This document shows positions 37,733-46,381 of a DNA stretch of 64,000 nucleotides, in pieces. The translations under genes and the position numbers were made by a program. The notes beneath the pieces were generated by a model. The model saw only the letters and a list, made by a program, of their open reading frames with translations, was not told the origin of the DNA and made no database searches. This stretch comes from Bacteroidota bacterium (GTDB lineage: Bacteria > Bacteroidota > Bacteroidia > Bacteroidales > ML635J-15). The stretch's first letter is position 1. The number at the start of each line of letters is the position of its first letter. The DNA is taken from NCBI GenBank assembly GCA_034658655.1, contig JAYEFQ010000134.1, forward strand, positions 3,463 to 67,462. The letters run 5' to 3'.

Positions 37733-38377
37733 ATGAATCACCATTTAATCATCACACCGACACTTGCAGAAGCGAAACTACTGATTTCTGCATTGAACAT
37801 GAAAAACATAGAACATAGACTATATTCTGTTAAAGACAACTCCATTGATTTATTGGTTTGTGGCCCCGGCCTTCCGGCTGCTATGTTTCACACGATGCAA
37901 CTGCTTACATCAAAAAAATACGACATTATTCAATTGGCGGGAATTGCAGGGAGTTACAATGAAAAACTCACTACCGGTAGCCTAGTTTGCATTGAAAGTG
38001 AGCAATTTGCTGACATCGGCGTCCATGACAACCGAGAATTCACCTCGCTTTGCACCCATACAGAATGGATGGAAATTTACCGCAACGGGAAAATTAAAAA
38101 TCCCCATCGGGAATTAATGCATAATACAAAACTGCCTTTAGCTACATCAAATACGGTAAATACAAACAACTTAACGCTAGAAGGCATCCCGACTGCAGAT
38201 ATTGAAAATATGGAAGGTGCTGGACTATTTATGATTTTTAATGAAATGAAAATTCCGTTCCTGGAAATCAGAGCAATCTCCAATCAAGTGAGTGAACGAA
38301 ATAAATTGAAATGGAATATACATACCGCAGTTGAGAACCTGACAAATTATCTTGTTGGGAAAGTTGAAAAACGGTAG
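37733..38377 (+). CDS. mqnB: Futalosine hydrolase (PNP/MTAN-fold nucleosidase of the futalosine menaquinone pathway)
   Basis: ~214 aa with LLVCGPG, AGIAGSY, SNTVNT, ENMEGAG and RAISNQV..R..W, the MqnB-type pattern. The neighbouring mqnD supports the call. Confidence 0.65.
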   Translation: MNHHLIITPTLAEAKLLISALNMKNIEHRLYSVKDNSIDLLVCGPGLPAAMFHTMQLLTSKKYDIIQLAGIAGSYNEKLTTGSLVCIESEQFADIGVHDNREFTSLCTHTEWMEIYRNGKIKNPHRELMHNTKLPLATSNTVNTNNLTLEGIPTADIENMEGAGLFMIFNEMKIPFLEIRAISNQVSERNKLKWNIHTAVENLTNYLVGKVEKR

Positions 38378-38386
38378 AACGTGATT

Positions 38387-38651
38387 GCGTTCCGAAAGTT
38401 TTCTGGAAGCGAGGAAAAAATTGTCATTCAATGGGAAAGAAAAAAAGGGTCATTCAATGGGAAAAACGAAGATGCGTAGTGGCAAAAAAGCAATTGTCAT
38501 TCGATTGGAAAGGGAAAACGATTGTCATTCAATAAAAAAAATCGATGGGGCGTAATGGCGAAAAAGATTGGAAAGTTAGAAAGTAGAAAGTGGAGAAAGT
38601 TGGGATTCGCTAATGAGTTGACTGTTTAACTGCTGACGAAGACAAGGGTTT
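38387..38651. repeat. Modular intergenic repeat block (order A-B-B-B-B-C) between mqnB and mqnD
   Basis: A = gcgttccgaaagttttctggaagcg (38387). B = gtcattcRatNggaaa at 38423, 38449, 38496 and 38524. C = ctgctgacgaagacaagggttt (38630). The same modules recur at 42732-42874 in the order C-B-B-A. Confidence 0.8.
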
Positions 38652-38769
38652 AATAGGTTAGTAAGTTTTTAGTTAATAAGTTGGTAGGTTGGAATTTATT
38701 TAAAGCCCATCTCAATATTATTTATTACTTTGTTAAACAAATAAAAATACATTAGAAACGCTTTAAGAT

Positions 38770-39558
38770 ATGAAATTAAAACTCGCTATATCGTCCTGTC
38801 CCAATGATACATTTATGTTTGATCATTTTCTAAAACATACCGATTTAGATATTGAATTGCTGATTGAAGATATCGAAAGCCTCAATAAAATGGCAATGAC
38901 AGAAGAATCTGATATTACAAAACTATCTTATCATACCTTTGCAAAACTAACCGAAAGTTATAATTTATTAAATGCCGGTGGAGCTTTGGGCGAAAACTGC
39001 GGTCCGATTCTAATTTCAAAGCATAAAGCATATCCTGATGAAATTTCCGACATGAAAATTGCAATCCCAGGTGAGATGACTACCGCTAATTTACTTTTAG
39101 ATATTTTCTATCCTAAAGTTAAGGAAAAGCAGATCTATGTTTTTTCAGATATTGAAGATGCAGTACTTGACGGTGAATGCGATGCAGGATTAATTATTCA
39201 TGAAAGCCGATTTACGTATGAACAAAAAGGGCTAAAAAAAATCATTGATATCGGTGAACTTTGGGAAAATCATTATCATTTACCAACCCCTTTGGGAGGC
39301 ATTGCAATTCACAAAAGAATACCAGAAGCTATTGCTTCAAAAATAGACATTGCACTAAAAAACAGTATTTTACACGCATTCAAGCAGCCTGAAGAAGCCA
39401 TGCCATTTATTCGTAAACATGCGCAGGAAATGGAAGATGAAGTCATGAAAAAGCATATTACATTATATGTCAACAATTACTCCGTCGGAGATGATCCTGC
39501 AGTAAGCAAATCAATTAAAAAACTGCTCGACCTACATCAACAAAACATTACGAAATAA
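38770..39558 (+). CDS. mqnD: 1,4-dihydroxy-6-naphthoate synthase (futalosine pathway)
   Basis: N-terminal LAISSCPNDTFMFDH (SPCPNDTF-type motif of MqnD rather than MqnA), periplasmic-binding-protein-like fold length of 262 aa. Confidence 0.7.
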   Translation: MKLKLAISSCPNDTFMFDHFLKHTDLDIELLIEDIESLNKMAMTEESDITKLSYHTFAKLTESYNLLNAGGALGENCGPILISKHKAYPDEISDMKIAIPGEMTTANLLLDIFYPKVKEKQIYVFSDIEDAVLDGECDAGLIIHESRFTYEQKGLKKIIDIGELWENHYHLPTPLGGIAIHKRIPEAIASKIDIALKNSILHAFKQPEEAMPFIRKHAQEMEDEVMKKHITLYVNNYSVGDDPAVSKSIKKLLDLHQQNITK

Positions 39559-39715
39559 TATTTTAATATAATTGTTGGGCGAACGTTAAAAGCTGTATCT
39601 TTGCCGAGAGCAAGTAAAAATGGCTTTGTGTTGAATGTTACCTTACCTAAGAACAGCAGACCCTATCATTCACCGCATTTCCAAGAATTATTAATAATCT
39701 AATTATAAATAATTT

Positions 39716-41530
39716 ATGCAAAATCACAGTTTTCATATCCCTGTAATGGGAGTTGCTTACACCATTGACACACCGTTGCGTGTAGCCCATCTCGGAATCG
39801 ATTCTGTCGTTTCGTTACTCGATGATGTTTTGCTTGAAAAACTCCGTAAAGTATTTTCAGCAAATTATAATCAAGCATTTGAAGCAATTAAACCGAATGA
39901 TACTGATTCACGGGCAAAGCGCATTACCTCTTACCTGAATCTGATGAACAAAGTTTCTGAGGAGAAATTTGAGGATTTAAAAAATGCATCGCGGGCAGAA
40001 TTCATGAAATATATCAATTTGCTTCCGAAACAATCTCCTGTATTTAAAGAGTTTAAACAAGGAATTAGTCAAAATTTGACTTTTGACAATATCCGTAACA
40101 GGATTAAAAAAAAGATGACACGTGGCAGCATTGATGTCAATATCATGACGAAAGTTGACAAAGCGCATTATGACAAAGATGGACAAATGCCTGCGGAGTT
40201 TAATGATGCACATGCTGCTTTACGCGGATTTGCAAAAAGCGATCTTGAATCGTCTGTCGTATTTTCTGCAGGTATGAATCCACGACTTTACAGTTATATT
40301 GAGAAATTTCGCGATTTTTTCCCTGACAAGGAAATGAATCTGAAAAAGAAAATCACATTAAAAGTCAGCGATTTCAGGTCAGCAATGATTCAAGGAAAAT
40401 TTCTTGCAAAAAAAGGTATTTGGGTTTCTGAATATCGCATTGAATCTGGGCTTAATTGCGGAGGTCATGCCTTTGCAACCGATGGATTTTTACTTGGTCC
40501 TGTACTTACGCAATTCAAAGAAAAGCGCGATGAATTGGTGGAATCAGTCCATGGTATATTATCAAAAGCTTTAAAATCAAAATCAATGCCGATTCCCGAA
40601 AAGCCTCTCCCATTGAAAATAACTGCTCAGGGAGGTGTCGGCACACATGAAGAACATGACTTCTTGATTAACCAATACGGTGTTAATTCTGTCGGTTGGG
40701 GAACTCCTTTTTTGTTGGTTCCCGAAGCGGTTTGCATTGATAATGATACGGTCAATAAATTGGCTGAAGCAAAACAAGACGATTTATTTTTAAGCGATAT
40801 TTCACCACTCGGTGTTCCTTTTAATAATTTACGAAGCAACACGAAAGACATTGACAAACGTGAGCGTATTGCGAATAAAGTACCAGGGAGTCCCTGTCCG
40901 AGAAAATATATAAGCTTAAATAAAGAATTTTCCGAAAAAGGAATTTGTACTGCCTCAAGAACATATCAAAAACAAAAAATTAAAGCATTGGATGCAAAAC
41001 AACTTTCTACGGAAGAATACAAACTTGAATACCAAAAAATTGTTGAGAAATCCTGTATTTGTGTTGGGCTAGGCACCACTGCTCTTATTCAATATGATAT
41101 TCCACATACTACTGAAGGAGATGGCGTTTCAGTTTGCCCTGGACCTAATATGAAATTTTTCAATAAGCAAATGAGCTTAAATGAAATGACAGATCATATT
41201 TACGGAAGAAAGGATGTTATGAATACAACAAATCGTCCTCACATGTTCCTTAACGAATTGGACATATATATTAACTATCTGCATTCGAAGATCGAGTCAC
41301 AAAAAACCCACGCAACTGAAAAGGATAAAACATATTATCAGCATTTTGCGAATAATTTGCTATCCGGAATTTCGTATTACCGAGACATTTTTCCAGAAAT
41401 TCATGCATCTAATCCTGAAAAACTTCAACAATCAATGACTCATTTGGACAAAAGCGAAGGTACTATTAATCAGATGATTGTCAAGATACAAAATGCATCA
41501 ATACCATTATTAATTATGGAAGAAGCCTAA
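39716..41530 (+). CDS. Conserved hypothetical protein, 604 aa; possible distant NMO/FabK-like TIM-barrel flavoenzyme
   Basis: Long clean ORF with no signal peptide. GLNCGGHAF and AQGGVGTHEEH ... WGTPFLLVPEA loosely resemble the AGGH and GGIGT motifs of nitronate-monooxygenase/enoyl-reductase barrels. The functional guess is weak. Confidence 0.4.
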   Translation: MQNHSFHIPVMGVAYTIDTPLRVAHLGIDSVVSLLDDVLLEKLRKVFSANYNQAFEAIKPNDTDSRAKRITSYLNLMNKVSEEKFEDLKNASRAEFMKYINLLPKQSPVFKEFKQGISQNLTFDNIRNRIKKKMTRGSIDVNIMTKVDKAHYDKDGQMPAEFNDAHAALRGFAKSDLESSVVFSAGMNPRLYSYIEKFRDFFPDKEMNLKKKITLKVSDFRSAMIQGKFLAKKGIWVSEYRIESGLNCGGHAFATDGFLLGPVLTQFKEKRDELVESVHGILSKALKSKSMPIPEKPLPLKITAQGGVGTHEEHDFLINQYGVNSVGWGTPFLLVPEAVCIDNDTVNKLAEAKQDDLFLSDISPLGVPFNNLRSNTKDIDKRERIANKVPGSPCPRKYISLNKEFSEKGICTASRTYQKQKIKALDAKQLSTEEYKLEYQKIVEKSCICVGLGTTALIQYDIPHTTEGDGVSVCPGPNMKFFNKQMSLNEMTDHIYGRKDVMNTTNRPHMFLNELDIYINYLHSKIESQKTHATEKDKTYYQHFANNLLSGISYYRDIFPEIHASNPEKLQQSMTHLDKSEGTINQMIVKIQNASIPLLIMEEA

Positions 41531-41553
41531 TCTGCATTATTCATAAAAATATC

Positions 41554-42696
41554 ATGAACGATAGTTTTCAAATTACGGCAAAATGCTTATCAGGCATGGA
41601 GGCAATCCTTGCAAATGAAATAGAAACCCTTGGTGCAAAGGAGATACAAACACAAACCAGAGCCGTATTTTTTCAAGGCAACACAGAAATGCTTTACACA
41701 GCAAATCTGCACTTGCGAACTGCGCTAAGGCTACTAAAACCTATCGAGAGTTTTTATGCTCATGATTTCGGCAGATTATATAAACGTATAAAGCGCATTG
41801 AGTGGGACAATTACATGCAAGTTGATCAGACCTTTGCAATTGATTCTGTTACGTTTGGGAAATATTTCAAGCACTCACTTTTCACCAGTTTAAAAGTAAA
41901 AGATGCCATTGCAGACTATTTTAGAGAGAAAACCGGCAAGCGTCCTTCAGTTGATCGGGAAAATCCGGATATTTTAATTAGCATTCATATTGTTGACAGA
42001 CAATGTACCGTTTCGCTTGACAGCTCAGGGATACCTTTAGATAAACGCGGATATAAAACGGAGAGTTCTGAAGCCCCTCTCAGCGAAGTACTTGCCGCCG
42101 GGCTAATTCTTAATAGCGATTGGAACGGAAAGACTGATTTTATGGATCCCATGTGTGGTTCAGGAACTATTGCAATTGAAGCAGCAATGATTGCAGGAAA
42201 CATTGCACCGGGAAAATTCCGTGAATTTGCGTTTCAACAATGGTCTGATTTTGATGAAAGTCTATGGAACAAAATAAAAACCCAAGCAGAACAAGCAGAA
42301 ATAAAAATTCCGGTGCAAATTTCAGCATCAGATATTCATATGCAAGTTGCAGATATTGCACGTACAAACGTACAATCCGCAGTGCTTCAAAATAAAATTG
42401 AAGTAAAAAACATGGACTTTTTCCAGTCAAGACCAATTTCCGACACGGGAATATTAATCATGAATCCGCCTTACGGAGAGCGATTAGACAACGACAAGGA
42501 CATGGATGCGCTTTACAAACAAATTGGTGATCATTTGAAAACCTTTTTCCCGGGATGGGATGCTTGGATTTTCAGCGGAAATAAAGAAGCAATTAAACAT
42601 GTCGGACTAAAGCCTTCTAAAAAATTAAATTTCTTGAATGGTTCAATAGAATGTAAATTTCATAAGTTTGAGCTGTACAAGGGGTCAAATGGTTAA
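41554..42696 (+). CDS. THUMP-domain class I SAM-dependent RNA methyltransferase (RlmL/COG0116-like)
   Basis: N-terminal THUMP region, SAM motif DPMCGSGTI, catalytic NPPYGERL. Confidence 0.85.
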   Translation: MNDSFQITAKCLSGMEAILANEIETLGAKEIQTQTRAVFFQGNTEMLYTANLHLRTALRLLKPIESFYAHDFGRLYKRIKRIEWDNYMQVDQTFAIDSVTFGKYFKHSLFTSLKVKDAIADYFREKTGKRPSVDRENPDILISIHIVDRQCTVSLDSSGIPLDKRGYKTESSEAPLSEVLAAGLILNSDWNGKTDFMDPMCGSGTIAIEAAMIAGNIAPGKFREFAFQQWSDFDESLWNKIKTQAEQAEIKIPVQISASDIHMQVADIARTNVQSAVLQNKIEVKNMDFFQSRPISDTGILIMNPPYGERLDNDKDMDALYKQIGDHLKTFFPGWDAWIFSGNKEAIKHVGLKPSKKLNFLNGSIECKFHKFELYKGSNG

Positions 42697-42731
42697 AGGT
42701 TAGAGGTTAGATCCGCCGGGAGGCTGCCTGT

Positions 42732-42874
42732 CTGACTGCTGGCGGAGACAAGGGTTTGAGGTTAGTTGAGAAAAAAGTCATTCGATTGGAAAAGGGAAAC
42801 GATGGTCATTCGATTGAAAAAAATGAGCATGCGTTCCGAAAGCTTTCGGAAGCGCTCCGAAAGTTTTCTAGAAG
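42732..42874. repeat. Modular intergenic repeat block (order C-B-B-A), second locus
   Basis: C = ctgactgctggcggagacaagggttt (42732). B = gtcattcgattggaaaag (42778) and gtcattcgattgaaaaaaa (42805). A = gcgttccgaaagctttcggaagcg (42831, with perfect palindrome TCCGAAAGCTTTCGGA), followed by ctccgaaagttttctagaag. Confidence 0.8.
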
Positions 42875-43015
42875 TGTAGATACGAGGAAATTTAAATCAC
42901 AGCAGTTAGCCAGCAGTTTTACACAGTGCAACCATTTAAAATTTGTTACCCCGCTATGCAGCTGGATGATTCAACATTATAAATATGATTACCTTCTGAA
43001 TCAAAATAGCCTAAA

Positions 43016-44380
43016 TTACTCACTTCGGACAATTCTTTTATTCTCAAAAACGAAAATAAATTCAGGCTCCTCTCCTTCCGTTTTTATAAAGATTTTTCCT
43101 CCAGCAAAATAGGATGGCGATTCATTCATAATTACATTCACTAATTGCCCAATTAAGGATTTTCTATCAGCATTGGATGTTTGCACTTCAAATTGTAATG
43201 AATAATCTCCTTTCGCTGTAAACGCTTGGTTAATTTCTGCAGTATAAAATGACTCTTTTTCTTTGCCTTTAATAAATTGAGCTAAATCTATGTTGCTATG
43301 AGAAACGGCTAACTCAACTCGGATAACAGTAAAATCAGTTTCTGTAAAAACCCTCATTGGAATATACCATCGTAAATTTTGTGGATTAACAGAAGATCTC
43401 TTCAATCTAATCGGGTCATTAACAGTAAACCGGACAGTGTTTTCACCATCAGGAATAAGAAAATCAATACTTATCTCGGTTTCTTTATAATTTTGAGAAA
43501 TTGTGAAATTTGCATTTTTAACAGAGAAACAAAAATCAGCATCGTAATTAATCTCTAATGCCTCGTCATCATTAATTAGTTTATGATCTTGCAAAATGGC
43601 ACAATCCGACTTAAACAAAACCTCTGAATCCATTTTAAAGTAACGATCCGAAGACAAAAGTTTTAAAACCAATCGTCCACGCTCATGTTTTTGTACTTCG
43701 AATCGTAAATTATCCAAAAGTTGTTCTATTTCGGATTTAATAATTGATGCTTCGGTTTTTCTAGACCCAGTAAATATTTTCTCTAAGGCAATTGTTTTGC
43801 TACGAAGTATTTTTAAGTCAGCAACACGATTACATGCCCCTACACTTTTTCTCAACGCTTTCAACTCTAGCGTAAAGGCACGGTCAGTTTGCTCCCATTC
43901 CTTTATAAGATTATTCAACTCCATTTCAGTAAAAGGATACATAATATGATAATGCACTTTTGTCATTTTATTCGGATATTTTTGCTTTTCCCAATAATAT
44001 GCTTCTGATTTACTTAAGCTTACCCCCTTCAGCGAATTTAAAAAGTCAGTTGTGATATTTGTTTGTAATTGCGTGTCTTCCCGATATTTTGACATATTAT
44101 CAATAACTGTTTCATTGATTGAAATATTCATTTCCGAACTAATATTGACAGCCACAGAGTTGACAATTCTTTCTTTTAGCTTTTTTAGTACATCATTTTG
44201 GGCATTTTCAAAATTTGCTCCTACCCCTTCAATAATTATGTACCCATTATTAAGTCCATAAACCCATGACGGTCGTTTTTTTTGAGAAACTTCAACTGCT
44301 CTGGGCAAAGAGCAAGACAGAAAGCCAACAAAAATCAAAAGCAAAAATGCTATATAAGTGATTCGTTTTTTCATTTGCAT
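43016..44380 (-). CDS. Hypothetical lipoprotein, 454 aa, no recognised family
   Basis: Signal peptide with lipobox (GFLSCS). Uninterrupted ORF with typical codon usage. No motif I can assign. Confidence 0.5.
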   Translation of the reverse strand: MQMKKRITYIAFLLLIFVGFLSCSLPRAVEVSQKKRPSWVYGLNNGYIIIEGVGANFENAQNDVLKKLKERIVNSVAVNISSEMNISINETVIDNMSKYREDTQLQTNITTDFLNSLKGVSLSKSEAYYWEKQKYPNKMTKVHYHIMYPFTEMELNNLIKEWEQTDRAFTLELKALRKSVGACNRVADLKILRSKTIALEKIFTGSRKTEASIIKSEIEQLLDNLRFEVQKHERGRLVLKLLSSDRYFKMDSEVLFKSDCAILQDHKLINDDEALEINYDADFCFSVKNANFTISQNYKETEISIDFLIPDGENTVRFTVNDPIRLKRSSVNPQNLRWYIPMRVFTETDFTVIRVELAVSHSNIDLAQFIKGKEKESFYTAEINQAFTAKGDYSLQFEVQTSNADRKSLIGQLVNVIMNESPSYFAGGKIFIKTEGEEPEFIFVFENKRIVRSE

Positions 44381-44682
44381 ATGTTTATCACTTCCTATTC
44401 ATAAATTATACCAAAAACGAAATAAAAGTATTGAATTTTTAATGAAAATTAAAAAATCAACTATGTGATTAAAGCTTTGAAGAAAAAAAAGTAACGCAAA
44501 GGTTCGCTAAGATAATTGCATTTTCACTCAAGTCTTCGTTTTTCCGTAAACTTTTAATCTTTGAAAATCAAACATAAATAGTGATTTTAAAAGAGTGAGA
44601 GTGAGAATTGAGTACAGAAAAAACAGAGCGAGAGTGTTTCGTTCGTACTCCGTACTCACTTCTCACTCTCGCTCTGTTTAAG

Positions 44683-44755
<73 letters not shown>

Positions 44756-45011
44756 ATTTTTTCGTAATGGGAGTACAAATATAGGGTTTTATTTTTTCCG
44801 ACAAAACATTCAAATAAAAAATTCTCCAATTTTCTGTAATAATTTACCGAGGTTGGATATAATGCCTTCAAAAAGAACATTTTGAATGTTATTTTATTGA
44901 AAAATAAAAGGATAATATCTTCAAAGAAAAATACAATAATTTTTAAATATATACTAAATAAAAATTTAAACTTGTTATGAAACGAAAAATTGAATTAAAC
45001 TGGGGAAAAAG

Positions 45012-45434
45012 ATGGTATTCAACACTGAGTCCAACGGACACAAAATAACCATGGATGGTTACAGCAGGGATGTTGGCGGTGAAGACAACAGACCACCACC
45101 AAAACCAATGATGATAGTTGCATTAGGAGATTGCAATGGTCAGTTTGTTGTGCCTTTGCTGAAAAATATGCGTGTGGATGTTGTTGATTTTAAAATCATT
45201 GTTGAAGCCGAAGAAACAGAAAAATATCCCAAGCATTATTCAAAAACACATCAGATCTATATATTTACTATAAAAGACCTCAATAAAAAAATAATCGAAA
45301 AAGCCGTTGATTTGTCTGAAAATAAATATTGCGGAGTAACTTATACATCCACTTGCGGACATACAACAAAAAGCAACTACCCATCGCAGGTAAATGCACC
45401 AGTAAGTTATGGTAATAATATTGAAAGCGCCTAA
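45012..45434 (+). CDS. OsmC/Ohr-family protein (N-terminus apparently split off by a frameshift; see findings)
   Basis: HKITMDG ... PKPMMIVALGDCNGQFVV ... ENKYCGV carries the two conserved Cys regions of OsmC-like proteins. An upstream 11-codon piece MKRKIELNWGK lies in another frame. Confidence 0.65.
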   Translation: MVFNTESNGHKITMDGYSRDVGGEDNRPPPKPMMIVALGDCNGQFVVPLLKNMRVDVVDFKIIVEAEETEKYPKHYSKTHQIYIFTIKDLNKKIIEKAVDLSENKYCGVTYTSTCGHTTKSNYPSQVNAPVSYGNNIESA

Positions 45435-45453
45435 CTCCTGAACCCCTGAGTGT

Positions 45454-45514
45454 CATTTTTCAGAAGTTTGCGAACTGAAAAATGCAACACGAAGCAATCC
45501 CGACGCATGTCGGG
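45454..45514. terminator. Two hairpins between convergent genes (probable bidirectional terminator region)
   Basis: CATTTTTCAG-11 nt-CTGAAAAATG (45454-45484) and CCCGAC-gcat-GTCGGG (45499-45514), between the OsmC stop (45434) and the trmH-like stop (45527). Confidence 0.45.
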
Positions 45515-45526
45515 GCTCCTGACTCT

Positions 45527-46303
45527 TTATCTCTGAAATGGTTTTCTTAATTCAGCAATTAGAATTGCACTTGCCGTTGCGACATTAAGCGACTCCATCT
45601 CATGATTTTCAATTGGAAAACTGGGAATAGCAATTCGATTTGTGCATAAATTCTCAATTTCAGAAGAAATACCCTGACCTTCATTGCCCATTATTAATAT
45701 TCCTGAAGAAATAGGTTCTAAATTAAGCATATTTTCTCCGTCCATAAAACTTCCTAGTACAGGATAATCGGGAAAATGGAATTTATAATCTGATATAAAA
45801 GTTGACAAATTAAGATAATGTATTTTCACACGTAAAAATGCACCCATAGTAGATTGTATAACTTTTGGATTGGTATAATCAACCGTGTTTTCTGAACAAA
45901 TGATATGACGTACACCGTACCAATCGGCTATGCGTAAAATGGTTCCAAAATTTCCGGGATCCTGAACATAATCTAAAACCAACACAAGTTCTTCCGTAAA
46001 ATTATCGTAAGAAAACGTTTTTACATCCTCCATTGGCATAAGTGCAACAACTGGTGCGGGAGTTTTCAAACTTGAAATTTGTGATAATTGTTTCTGATTT
46101 GCGACAACAAAATCTGTGGATTTTAAAATGGAATCATGTGTATTTATCCAAGCCTCACGCCCAATAACTACCTTGGGTTTTGTTTCAGAATGTAATGCCT
46201 CAAGCACAATTTTTTCTCCCTGTATCAGATACTCGCTGAGTTCATAGCGAAATTTCTTTTGCTGTAAGCCTCGAATTTGTTTTACTTGTGCATTTGTCAA
46301 CAT
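45527..46303 (-). CDS. TrmH/SpoU-family RNA 2'-O-methyltransferase
   Basis: DYVQDPGNFGTILRIADWYG, IMGNEGQGIS and SLNVATASAILIAEL are the three SpoU motifs. Confidence 0.85.
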   Translation of the reverse strand: MLTNAQVKQIRGLQQKKFRYELSEYLIQGEKIVLEALHSETKPKVVIGREAWINTHDSILKSTDFVVANQKQLSQISSLKTPAPVVALMPMEDVKTFSYDNFTEELVLVLDYVQDPGNFGTILRIADWYGVRHIICSENTVDYTNPKVIQSTMGAFLRVKIHYLNLSTFISDYKFHFPDYPVLGSFMDGENMLNLEPISSGILIMGNEGQGISSEIENLCTNRIAIPSFPIENHEMESLNVATASAILIAELRKPFQR

Positions 46304-46381
46304 ACAGCAAAGATAAAATAATTATTTCAGGATGAGTGAAGCGGGTAAAAACAAGCTAACATCATTTTTAAAAACCGCTTG

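Noticed and set aside
38423-38540. Four copies of gtcattcRatNggaaa looked superficially like a mini CRISPR array
   Set aside because: The repeats are only ~16 nt and degenerate. Spacings are irregular (26, 47 and 28 nt), the 'spacers' are themselves repeat words, and there are no cas genes in the window.
42756-43112. 118-aa plus-strand ORF after the methyltransferase
   Set aside because: Its 5' half is translated repeat modules (gtcattcgattgg..., gcgttccgaaag...). Its 3' end overlaps the convergent 454-aa lipoprotein gene. It is most likely spurious.
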